From contig JBBSYR010000057.1 in NCBI GenBank assembly GCA_038045165.1, positions 1 to 37,062 of the forward strand: a DNA stretch of 37,062 nt, given 5' to 3'. Shown here piece after piece: positions 1-7,559 of this stretch. The DNA is from Nanobdellota archaeon (lineage in GTDB: Archaea; Nanobdellota; Nanobdellia; Pacearchaeales; GW2011-AR1). The translations under genes and the position numbers were made by a program. Within the stretch, counting starts at the first letter, position 1, and every line of letters begins with the position of its first letter. The notes under the pieces are model-generated. The model searched no databases, was not told where the DNA came from, and was given only the letters and a program-made list of their open reading frames with translations.

Positions 1-121
1 TAATAAGAAATAAGGCTATTTAAATTATGTCATCTAAGTAACGCACTTATCTATACCTATCTACAAACTGCTTTTTGTACTTTCAGCCGTAATGATATAT
101 CTATGCTTTTTTGGGGGCAGA

Positions 122-877
122 TTATATCTTATTAAAAATAATTAATATTAGTATTAGTATGACTAAAAAAGGAAAAAGATAAATTGCTGTAAGGCGGAGC
201 TTTTCTTGGCTGGTTATGTATTCCGAAACTCCGGGCTTTTGAATGGAATTTAATATTAATTTTTCACTGGCAGGGCTTGATAGAATTTGCTGAGTTGTTT
301 GGGATTCTTTTGCAGATTCGCTTGATGCAGGAGCTGCAGATTTAACTGGAAGATTTGAACTGGGTGGATTTAAGATTGCACCATCTTTGCTATTTTGAAC
401 GTTCTTAATTTCTTCGTTGTCTTTAGCTTCCCCATTGCTATTTTCCTTTTGTGCTTCAGTTTTGTTTGGTGCATCTGCTGGTTTATTTTCATTAGAATTT
501 TGCGGCGGCTTTATAGTTATAGGGGTGCAGTTTGAGCTGGTTATGCTTGTTTTTCCTGATTTTCTCAGCTTCGCGCATATCTCAAAATCTCCTGCTGACT
601 TTACTGCCTTTAGCAGGTATTCTGTTTTTTCTGGAAAAGCACCCAGCACATAATAAAAAGAACTCTTCCATCCTGAACTGAAAATCTCTGAAAAAATCTT
701 TGCTTCTGAATTTTGAAGATATATTTTTACATCTGATTTTTCAGCGATATCTGAAATTATGGTAACTGAAAAATTTTCATTTAAATTCGCTTCTGAAGGA
801 GATGTTATTTCCAAATTTGCTGCTGAAACAAAGGACAAAAGAAAAAATAGCGAAATACTAATAGCAATAAGATTCAT
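122..877 (-). CDS. secreted / C-terminally membrane-anchored protein, function unknown
   Basis: 251-aa ORF. Signal-like N-terminus (LIAISISLFFLLSFVSA), small beta-rich domain, long S/N/E/K low-complexity linker and C-terminal TM (IYLFPFLVILILILIIF). Start overlaps the upstream nuclease gene by 20 nt. Confidence 0.6.
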   Translation of the reverse strand: MNLIAISISLFFLLSFVSAANLEITSPSEANLNENFSVTIISDIAEKSDVKIYLQNSEAKIFSEIFSSGWKSSFYYVLGAFPEKTEYLLKAVKSAGDFEICAKLRKSGKTSITSSNCTPITIKPPQNSNENKPADAPNKTEAQKENSNGEAKDNEEIKNVQNSKDGAILNPPSSNLPVKSAAPASSESAKESQTTQQILSSPASEKLILNSIQKPGVSEYITSQEKLRLTAIYLFPFLVILILILIIFNKI

Positions 878-1622
878 AATGGGCTATATTTCCTCCTGAA
901 TCAAATAAATAAAGAGAATCGCAATCATTATTCCAGATATCTGTCTTGCTATTCCAAAAAATATCCGTGGTGTTGTCTTTGCCTTCATTGGAATGAATAG
1001 CCAGCTTGATTGCCCCGCTTAAAGAAATATTCTTAAAAAAATAAGTTTTGCGGCTCTCATCTTTGAGATACCAGAGATTTAGATTTATTTGGCTGCATGT
1101 GCTTTCTAAAATCACTTTTTCTTCTTTAGGAAGAATTTTTGATTTGAAACAGCTGAAATATGCTGAATGATTCCAAATGCCTATTCCTTTTTTTATTGCA
1201 TTATCTTCCGCATTCGCAAATTCAGTAAGCTCTGAATTATCAACTAAAAATTTTGAAGAAAGACCAAGTTTAACAAGTTCTAAGTTAAGATAAACCTGCG
1301 AGGGTGTTGAAGTATAAATTCTTGCGAGAAGCCTCTTGTATTTGTCATAGCCTATAATCTCCAGTTGAATTGATTGATTCAGAAATTTTCCTAAAAACTG
1401 CTTTGAAAGTTCTGCATTGATTGTTCCTTTTTCTGGAGTATTTATGTTCAGCAAGCGAATTGTCTGGCCATCTGAGGTTTTTATTGTATCTCCATCAATC
1501 ACTCTCGCCAAAATTTTTGTTTCTTTTGATTTTTTTTGTGATTGAATATTTAAAACAAAAAAGGTATTAGCTAAAAGAATTGTAATTAGTAATGCAAGAA
1601 TAAATGCGTGCTTTTTATTCAA
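858..1622 (-). CDS. secreted thermonuclease (staphylococcal-nuclease fold) fused to a lamin-tail-like domain
   Basis: N-terminal TM/signal. SNase motifs VIDGDTIKT..IRLLNINTPE and YDKYKRLLARIY..LNLELVKLGL. The C-terminal WNNDCDSLYLFDSGGNIAHYESY resembles the LTD consensus. Confidence 0.8.
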   Translation of the reverse strand: MNKKHAFILALLITILLANTFFVLNIQSQKKSKETKILARVIDGDTIKTSDGQTIRLLNINTPEKGTINAELSKQFLGKFLNQSIQLEIIGYDKYKRLLARIYTSTPSQVYLNLELVKLGLSSKFLVDNSELTEFANAEDNAIKKGIGIWNHSAYFSCFKSKILPKEEKVILESTCSQINLNLWYLKDESRKTYFFKNISLSGAIKLAIHSNEGKDNTTDIFWNSKTDIWNNDCDSLYLFDSGGNIAHYESYCY

Positions 1623-2097
1623 GTTTTAAAATCTCCTTTGAACATTTTAAAGAGTTTACAAATTTTGAGAAATCTTCGTGCTGAATTTCCAGCGTTGCGG
1701 TGTTAATATTGGGATGAAATCCAGTGATTTTTGCATTCCAAATTTCTTGGTCTATAATTAGCTTTGTGCTTTTTGCATTAATCATTGCGAAAATTGATAC
1801 GCTTCCCGGAGTTAGATTCAACTCTAATTTCAAATCTTCTGGAGACGCAAAATTTAATTTTTTCACACTTAATTTTTTTTCTAGATGCCTGATATTAAGG
1901 CGTTTTTCACCAGGCATGCAGACAAGATAAAAATTATGCTTTTCGTCGCGCAAAAAAAGATTTTTTGACCTCATCCCTGGAATTTTTTGGATCGCTTCGA
2001 TGCCTTTGGATTCTGCGACTGTGAAAACTGCGGGATGCTCGTGGATTTTGTATTTTATTCCATTTTTAGCAAGGTATTCTTTTAGTTGGACGTTCAT
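1615..2097 (-). CDS. YbaK/ProX-type aminoacyl-tRNA trans-editing deacylase
   Basis: 160 aa, with family-typical length and pattern (HPAVFTVAES...KNLFLRD...LTPGSVSIFA...HPN.NTAT). First gene of a three-gene overlapping operon. Confidence 0.7.
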   Translation of the reverse strand: MNVQLKEYLAKNGIKYKIHEHPAVFTVAESKGIEAIQKIPGMRSKNLFLRDEKHNFYLVCMPGEKRLNIRHLEKKLSVKKLNFASPEDLKLELNLTPGSVSIFAMINAKSTKLIIDQEIWNAKITGFHPNINTATLEIQHEDFSKFVNSLKCSKEILKLE

Positions 2098-2118
2098 TAT
2101 TTAAATCAGATAGAATAG

Positions 2119-2126
2119 TTAATATA
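2119..2126 (-). promoter_or_regulatory. TATA box (TATATTAA) for the ybaK-nuclease operon
   Basis: The 8-mer starts 29 nt upstream of the ATG at 2097, the same spacing seen at most first-in-operon genes in this window. Confidence 0.4.
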
Positions 2127-2379
2127 GTTAATGCTCAACGAAATTTTTTCTTCGGTTAAAATCTAAATCTCTTATTTGCCAATCCCCCACCCGACGGAAA
2201 AGCACGAAAGGTTTTCTTTCAGAAAACAGATAGCAAAAATTCTCAGTTTTTGAGTTCTCGCTAATTACGGAAATAGGAAAGGGGCGTTGTCTTACGAATG
2301 TATTGCTTTTTTCTGCGAAAAGAGATATAAAGAGCACAGAACAGAAATAAGAAGAATTATAATCAGCTGAAGCGAACAA

Positions 2380-2387
2380 TTTAAATA
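2380..2387 (+). promoter_or_regulatory. TATA box (TTTAAATA) for trxB, implying a leaderless mRNA
   Basis: Starts 29 nt upstream of the ATG at 2409. No SD-like sequence lies between them. Confidence 0.45.
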
Positions 2388-2408
2388 ATCTTTCTTTGGA
2401 ATATTATT

Positions 2409-3353
2409 ATGAAAGAAAACTATGATCTTGTAATTATTGGTGCAGGTGTGGCTGGCTTAGCTGCAGCAATGTATAGCGCGCGATTGGGAATGAAAACTCT
2501 TTGCTTGGGAGCAGCTTCTGGCTCTGAAGCTCCTATTGGCGGGACAATAACAACTACTTTTTTAATTGAGAATTATCCAGGTTTTGCAAAAACAAGCGGA
2601 AGAGTTCTTGCTGAGAATATAAAGAATCATGCGCTTTCATATCCCCTTGTTACATTAAAAGAAGAAAGAGTTGAAAATGTTGAAAAAACTGATGAAGGTT
2701 TTGCTGTGAAAACTAACGAGGGAGAATATTTTGGAAAAACAATTTTATTTGCCAGCGGAACGAAACGCAGAAAATTGGAAGTTCCGGGAAGCAAAGAATT
2801 TGAGCATAAGGGAGTGACTTATTGCGCCTTATGCGATGCCACGCTTTATAAAAATAAAACTGCGGCAGTTATTGGGGGCTCTAATTGCGCGGTGGCTGAT
2901 GCTTTAATTCTTGCTCAGCATGCAAAGCGAGTTTATATTATCTACAGAAAAGAAAAGCTGCGCGCAGATTCAGCGAATGTAAAGAAAATTGAAGAAAAAC
3001 AAAATATTGAAGTTATTATCAATACTGAAGTTGTCGAAGTAAAGGGCGATAAAGCTGTTCTGGCAGTTATATTAAACAAAGAATATAAAGGAAGCAAGGA
3101 GCTAAAACTCGACGGGGTTTTTGTTGAGATTGGAAATGTTCCTTTATCTGAACTTGCCGAAAAAATAGGTGTTGCTGTTAATGAAGGCAAAGAAATCATA
3201 ATTAACCATAGAACTTCTGAGACAAATATTGCTGGAGTTTTTGCCGCTGGAGATGTTGTTGATAAGCCTTTTAAGCAGGCGATTACTGGAGTTGCAGAAG
3301 GATGCACTGCCGCATGGAGCGCCTTTGAGTTTTTGAATAGGAAAGGGAAATAA
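2409..3353 (+). CDS. trxB: thioredoxin reductase (FAD/NAD(P)H pyridine nucleotide-disulfide oxidoreductase)
   Basis: 314 aa. FAD motif IIGAGVAGLAAA, redox CxxC (CALC), second dinucleotide motif VIGGSNCAVADA and C-terminal GVFAAGDV. Confidence 0.9.
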   Translation: MKENYDLVIIGAGVAGLAAAMYSARLGMKTLCLGAASGSEAPIGGTITTTFLIENYPGFAKTSGRVLAENIKNHALSYPLVTLKEERVENVEKTDEGFAVKTNEGEYFGKTILFASGTKRRKLEVPGSKEFEHKGVTYCALCDATLYKNKTAAVIGGSNCAVADALILAQHAKRVYIIYRKEKLRADSANVKKIEEKQNIEVIINTEVVEVKGDKAVLAVILNKEYKGSKELKLDGVFVEIGNVPLSELAEKIGVAVNEGKEIIINHRTSETNIAGVFAAGDVVDKPFKQAITGVAEGCTAAWSAFEFLNRKGK

Positions 3354-3381
3354 ACTTCTTATCGGCCGCGAATCCAAAACC

Positions 3382-3389
3382 TTATAAAT
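3382..3389 (+). promoter_or_regulatory. TATA box (TTATAAAT) for the SRP RNA
   Basis: Starts 28 nt upstream of 3410, where the terminal helix of the RNA begins. This matches the TATA-to-start spacing of the protein genes. Confidence 0.45.
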
Positions 3390-3409
3390 CCTCGGCATCT
3401 CGTATAAAT

Positions 3410-3672
3410 GTAGACGAGCTGGCGCGTTCGCCCTGCGCTGTTACACCTGCGGGCGTCAAGTGAGCTTAAAGGAGCGAGTGAGAATGGGTCTTGTCAGTCT
3501 CTTGCTGGACGTTGACGTTTTGTCTTGTTCGATCTTGCTCTTGCGAAATGGGTCAGACCTTGATCGGAGCAGCCCTAAACAGGAAGCGAGGTGCTTACAA
3601 GGTTGCAAAGCTGAGAAAGGCGAGAGGTTAACTTTCAGGGCTTGTTTGAGCAGACTCCCTGTCTACACTTTT
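3410..3672 (+). ncRNA. signal recognition particle RNA (archaeal 7S RNA)
   Basis: GC-rich island in AT-rich DNA. GUAGAC (3410..3415) pairs with GUCUAC (3661..3666). Alu-like UGUUAC motif at 3439..3444. Helix-8 signature GGUCAGACC....GGAGCAGCC (3551..3574) matches the conserved GGUCAGGUCC-loop-GGAAGCAGCC of SRP RNAs. A T-run follows. Confidence 0.7.
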
Positions 3673-3673
3673 T
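3669..3673 (+). terminator. oligo-T terminator after the SRP RNA
   Basis: TTTTT lies immediately after the closing helix. Archaeal RNA polymerase terminates at T-tracts. Confidence 0.45.
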
Positions 3674-3801
3674 GTAATCCCTAATACATTTCGTTATTAA
3701 TTATCTTCGTATAATATTATGTTAAATGCAATCGTTACTGGGCAATTCAAAAAGAAAAGTTTATTAAGAAGAATACAATAAGGCATATTAGGTGCAATAA
3801 A

Positions 3802-4035
3802 ATGACTATACCTGCAGAAAAGTTTATGAGAATGACTTTGGACGAAATCGCACAACTATCTCCTAATCAAAAATGTGGGTGTGGTGAAGTTATAGAAGAG
3901 CACCCTGATGAACAATACGCGATTTCTAAAAAACCTGTGTGTAGTGATTGCTATTTTTCTGCACTCGGAGAAGAATTAGAAAAGCACTCAATACATAATC
4001 CCGCAAGGATTGCCCCTCCACGACTTTCTCGCTAA
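3802..4035 (+). CDS. small Cys-containing (Zn-ribbon-like) hypothetical protein
   Basis: 77-aa ORF with CGCG....CSDC. TTTATTAA at 3760..3767 and a GGTG about 8 nt before the ATG. Locally higher GC. No family recognised. Confidence 0.35.
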   Translation: MTIPAEKFMRMTLDEIAQLSPNQKCGCGEVIEEHPDEQYAISKKPVCSDCYFSALGEELEKHSIHNPARIAPPRLSR

Positions 4036-4305
4036 CGTTCGAACCACATCGTATTTTCTGACTGATGCCCTCATGTCTTCGAACAGGCATTAGCAGATTA
4101 AATGGTTGCATCCTCTCAGCCTAAATTTTTTCATATTCATTCAAAAACTTCTGTTAATGTTAGCATTAAAAATTCTAACAATTAGCATAATTTTGTTCAG
4201 AATTTCTGTGATAGGCAATTCAGAAAAAACCATTTCAATCAAGGGAATTATCTATAATTTAGCTATTTCCTCGTGTTCCTGCTAATTTAGGAAATATCAG
4301 AAATC

Positions 4306-4313
4306 TATAAAAA
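4306..4313 (+). promoter_or_regulatory. TATA box (TATAAAAA) for the pilin-like operon
   Basis: Starts 29 nt upstream of the ATG at 4335. Confidence 0.45.
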
Positions 4314-4334
4314 GCTGTTTTCTTTTCAATAAGC

Positions 4335-4820
4335 ATGAAAAAAAAGGGACAGTTCTTTTTAGCTGCTGCATTGATTTTAGTAAGCATTCTTATAGGAATA
4401 GGAGGAATTTATAGTGATATTTCAATACCCAAGGAAGATACGCGGGTTAATCAGTTGGCAAAGGAGATAAAATACGAATGCGCGCAGACACTAAACTATG
4501 CAGCTTTCCAAGAACTGAATTCTGAAGATACTTTAAAAGTTATTCAATCTCTTGTTGGAGATTATTCAAAATTAAATCCAGAAGTTGGAATATTTTTCTG
4601 GTTTAAATTGAAAGGTGACCCTAATTCTTTTGCGGGATATTACAAAAATGGAAAGGAGGGTGTTAGTTTTATTAAAGCAATAGAAGAATCAAGCAAAGTG
4701 ATTATTCAAGATTCAACGCGGGGCATTTATTATAGTTTGAGTGTCACAGATAAGATTAATAACCTCTACATTTTAGTAGAAAAAGAAGATGCAAATGGCA
4801 GGACATTTGATGTTCAATAA
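4335..4820 (+). CDS. archaeal type IV pilin-like protein (class III signal peptide)
   Basis: N-terminus MKKKGQ/FFLAAALILVSILIGIGG has a basic stretch, then G, then a hydrophobic helix, typical of prepilin-peptidase substrates. 161 aa. Overlaps the next gene by 11 nt. Confidence 0.6.
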   Translation: MKKKGQFFLAAALILVSILIGIGGIYSDISIPKEDTRVNQLAKEIKYECAQTLNYAAFQELNSEDTLKVIQSLVGDYSKLNPEVGIFFWFKLKGDPNSFAGYYKNGKEGVSFIKAIEESSKVIIQDSTRGIYYSLSVTDKINNLYILVEKEDANGRTFDVQ

Positions 4821-6321
4821 AAAAGGCATAAGTGAAATGATTGGTTATGTACTGCTTATAGTTATAGCTCTTAGCTTAAGTGTTTTAGTTTATATTTATC
4901 TTGAAAAATTGACTCCGAAAGGGAAAATAGAATGTCCTGAAGGAGTAAGTATCAGTATCAGAACAGCAGAATGCAACTCAGAAACAAACCAATTAAAACT
5001 TGAATTTTTTAATAATGGTTTGTTTAAAGTAGATGGGGTTTATGTGAAACTTGGTCAGGAAAGAAAAAGCACACGCACTAACTTAAATGACCCTGAAGAT
5101 GAACAAACTGGAAAAAATCCTTTTTATATGTCCTTAGAGCCGCAGAAAGCATTTAGCCAGACTTATAATCTTGCAAGAATATTTGATGTTGAAGATAATA
5201 ATATTTATATTTTAGATTTACAGCCGGCAATTGCTGAAAAAGATGGACCGCGCCTTGCTGTTTGTGAAGGAACAACTATCTCGCAGAAAATAACCTGCAA
5301 ACCTACGGCAGCAGGTGGAACACCTCCAGGTTCTGGCAGTGGAACGTCTCCAGCAACGCCCTCTATAACTATTGATTCTCCAACTAGCGGCGACACATTC
5401 ATTGGAAATGCCGGCACAATTATTAATATTGTATGGTCTACACAAAATTGGCCTGCTAGTATAACTGAAGTTAACATTGAGCTTATTGACACTGCGACTA
5501 ATTTAGCGATTCCTATTGGGAAATATCCAAATAATGGTTTATTTAAATTAAATATCGACCCTGCTCGAACTACTACTAAGACACATCGGATTCGCGTCTA
5601 TGCTGTAAAAGAAGGAGAACTTGCTCCAGGAGAGCAAGGCACCAGCGAGATATTTACTATTTCAGCAGGTTCATGCTACAATAATATTAAAGATCCAGGT
5701 GAAAGGGGAGTAGATTGCGGCGGACCTTGCTCTGCATGTATAACCTTAGAATTTACTGCAGATATTAATGATGCTAGTATACGTGGATATGCTTCAGATT
5801 ATTCAACAGCGAGAAGCACATCATCTAGCAGATCATATAATTATGAAGGAGGCATCTATACGCCTCTTACTGTAGGGCAGTATTTTATGAGTAGCAGTTA
5901 TAGTATCCAAAGGGTATTTTACAAGTTTGATACAAGTTTAATTCCTGATAATGCCATAATTTCACAGGTCAAATTTAAAACTAAAATAAGTGATAGTTCT
6001 TTCACTAATGATTTTGATATTCAAATAGTAAAATATAATTGGGAGGCACAAGAGTCGTTTTATCCAACAACAAAGATTCAAGAGGCTTATATTGGATGTT
6101 TAAATGCCCTTGCTGATGACAATATTTTGACAAGCACGTTAGGCATTTCTACAGGTGTTGAATATACAAGCGGTAATCTTGATATTACAAGAGTAAACAA
6201 AATAGGAAATACATATTACTGCTTGCGAAGCAGCAGAGATAACGGGAATACAGCGCCAACAGGTGGTGAATATGTATCTCTTGCTCGCCCAACTTTAGAG
6301 GTTACTTATACTACTCCTTAA
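4810..6321 (+). CDS. pilin-like N-terminus fused to an adhesin-like ectodomain (Ig-like module A + beta-sandwich module B)
   Basis: MFNKKGISEMIGYVLLIVIALSL resembles the archaeal pilin/archaellin N-terminal domain. ATG 4810 is preferred over the track start 4789 because it places the basic-G motif at the N-terminus. Also has a GSGSGT linker, a module shared with the 9799..12210 gene, and a GERGVDCGGPCSAC knot. Confidence 0.75.
   Translation: MFNKKGISEMIGYVLLIVIALSLSVLVYIYLEKLTPKGKIECPEGVSISIRTAECNSETNQLKLEFFNNGLFKVDGVYVKLGQERKSTRTNLNDPEDEQTGKNPFYMSLEPQKAFSQTYNLARIFDVEDNNIYILDLQPAIAEKDGPRLAVCEGTTISQKITCKPTAAGGTPPGSGSGTSPATPSITIDSPTSGDTFIGNAGTIINIVWSTQNWPASITEVNIELIDTATNLAIPIGKYPNNGLFKLNIDPARTTTKTHRIRVYAVKEGELAPGEQGTSEIFTISAGSCYNNIKDPGERGVDCGGPCSACITLEFTADINDASIRGYASDYSTARSTSSSRSYNYEGGIYTPLTVGQYFMSSSYSIQRVFYKFDTSLIPDNAIISQVKFKTKISDSSFTNDFDIQIVKYNWEAQESFYPTTKIQEAYIGCLNALADDNILTSTLGISTGVEYTSGNLDITRVNKIGNTYYCLRSSRDNGNTAPTGGEYVSLARPTLEVTYTTP
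5356..5670 (+). repeat. module A, copy 1 (315 nt, near-identical to 10471..10785)
   Basis: Hand alignment is colinear without indels. The core 5443..5555 differs from 10558..10670 at 3 of 113 positions. Confidence 0.9.
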
Positions 6322-6381
6322 GACATTTGCACATGCAAGCCTAAAAACTTTGACATTTATTCAAAACTCACCACAATAATG

Positions 6382-6389
6382 TATAAATA
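6382..6389 (+). promoter_or_regulatory. TATA box (TATAAATA) for mre11-rad50
   Basis: Starts 29 nt upstream of the ATG at 6411. Confidence 0.45.
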
Positions 6390-6410
6390 ACATCTATTCT
6401 GAGGAGATTT

Positions 6411-7559
6411 ATGAAATTTGCGCATATGGGTGACTGCCATCTTGGCGGATGGAGACAGCCAGAATTGAGGGAATTGAATCTAAGAAGTTTTCAATTTGCT
6501 ATTGAAAAATGCATTAAAGAGAGGGTTGATTTTATTCTTATCTCTGGAGATTTGCTGGACTCAGCCTATCCTTCAATTGAGACTCTTAAAGAAACATTTG
6601 GCGAGTTTAGAAAAATAAAAGAAGCGAATATTCCTGTTTTTATAATTGCTGGCAGCCATGATTATTCTGTCTCGGGAAAATCTTTTTTAGATGTGCTTGA
6701 AAAAGCAGGATTTTGCAAAAATGTTTCCTTGTTCGAAGAAAGAAACGGCAAGATTATGCTGCACCCCACTATCATGGGCAATGTTGCTATTTACGGCTAT
6801 CCTGGAAAAAAATCAGGCATGGAAACAAAAGATATTGAAAGAATAAAACTGCACGATTCGCCCGGGCTTTTTAGAATCTTAATGCTGCACACTGCGCTCA
6901 GAGATGCTGTTGGAAATTTGCCGATTGATGCTGTAGACCATAAAATGCTGCCAGATGTTGATTATTTGGCTTTATCACATTTGCATATTAATTATCAAAA
7001 AGAAAAAAGAGTTTATTCTGGTCCAATATTTCCAAACAACCTGCCTGAATTAGAAGAACTAAAGGGCGGCTCGTTCTGGATATTTGATAATGGAAAGATA
7101 AGAAGAGAAGAAATAAAATTGAAGGATGTTCTTGTAATAAATTCTGAATTGGAAGATGCCTTCAAAGCAGCTGAAGAAATAATTTCCTTATTTGAAAAGG
7201 AAATCTTAAGAGATAAAATTGTACTGCTGAAATTATGGGGTATTTTGAAAAAAGGAAAAACCAGTGATATAGATTTTCAGAAAATAGAGGAGTATATGAA
7301 GAAAAAAAGTGTTTTTGTTTTTTTAAAAAGCACGAGCAAGCTTCATGTAAATGAGCCCGAGATAAAAATGGACCATTTAGACCCTGCAAACATAGAAGAG
7401 CAAATAATAAAAAGATTTGAAGAAACCAATCCTAATAAATATAATTCAATTGTTCCTTTTCTTATGAAAGCTCTGCAGATTGAGAAGCTTGAAGATGAAA
7501 AAAGCCAAGCTTTTGAAGAAAGAGTATTGTCAGAAACTAAAAAAATACTTCAAATATGA
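6411..7559 (+). CDS. mre11: DNA double-strand-break repair nuclease Mre11
   Basis: Calcineurin-like phosphoesterase motifs (HMGDCHLG, SGDLLD, AGSHD, MLHT, LSHLH). ATGA overlap with rad50. Confidence 0.9.
   Translation: MKFAHMGDCHLGGWRQPELRELNLRSFQFAIEKCIKERVDFILISGDLLDSAYPSIETLKETFGEFRKIKEANIPVFIIAGSHDYSVSGKSFLDVLEKAGFCKNVSLFEERNGKIMLHPTIMGNVAIYGYPGKKSGMETKDIERIKLHDSPGLFRILMLHTALRDAVGNLPIDAVDHKMLPDVDYLALSHLHINYQKEKRVYSGPIFPNNLPELEELKGGSFWIFDNGKIRREEIKLKDVLVINSELEDAFKAAEEIISLFEKEILRDKIVLLKLWGILKKGKTSDIDFQKIEEYMKKKSVFVFLKSTSKLHVNEPEIKMDHLDPANIEEQIIKRFEETNPNKYNSIVPFLMKALQIEKLEDEKSQAFEERVLSETKKILQI

Noticed and set aside
2128-2379. 83-aa minus-strand ORF in the ybaK/trxB divergent intergenic region
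   Set aside because: It has a TTG start that abuts the trxB TATA box and no TATA at the standard spacing. The composition is odd and it would overlap the ybaK promoter. I could not assign any RNA gene to this 311-bp spacer either.
3410-3672. Possible RNase P RNA
   Set aside because: No GAGGAAAGUCC-type CR-I motif or other conserved RNase P motifs were found on either strand. The SRP helix-8 signature and the Alu-like UGUUAC motif are present instead.
3460-3684. 74-aa ORF in the six-frame track
   Set aside because: It lies entirely within the GC-rich SRP RNA. It has no promoter or SD of its own and its sequence is Leu/Arg/Cys-rich. It is an artefact of RNA-gene composition.
4036-4110. tRNA-like GTTCGAA (T-loop-like) sequences
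   Set aside because: No flanking 5-bp T-stem, acceptor stem or anticodon arm could be built on either strand. I found no convincing tRNA anywhere in the window.
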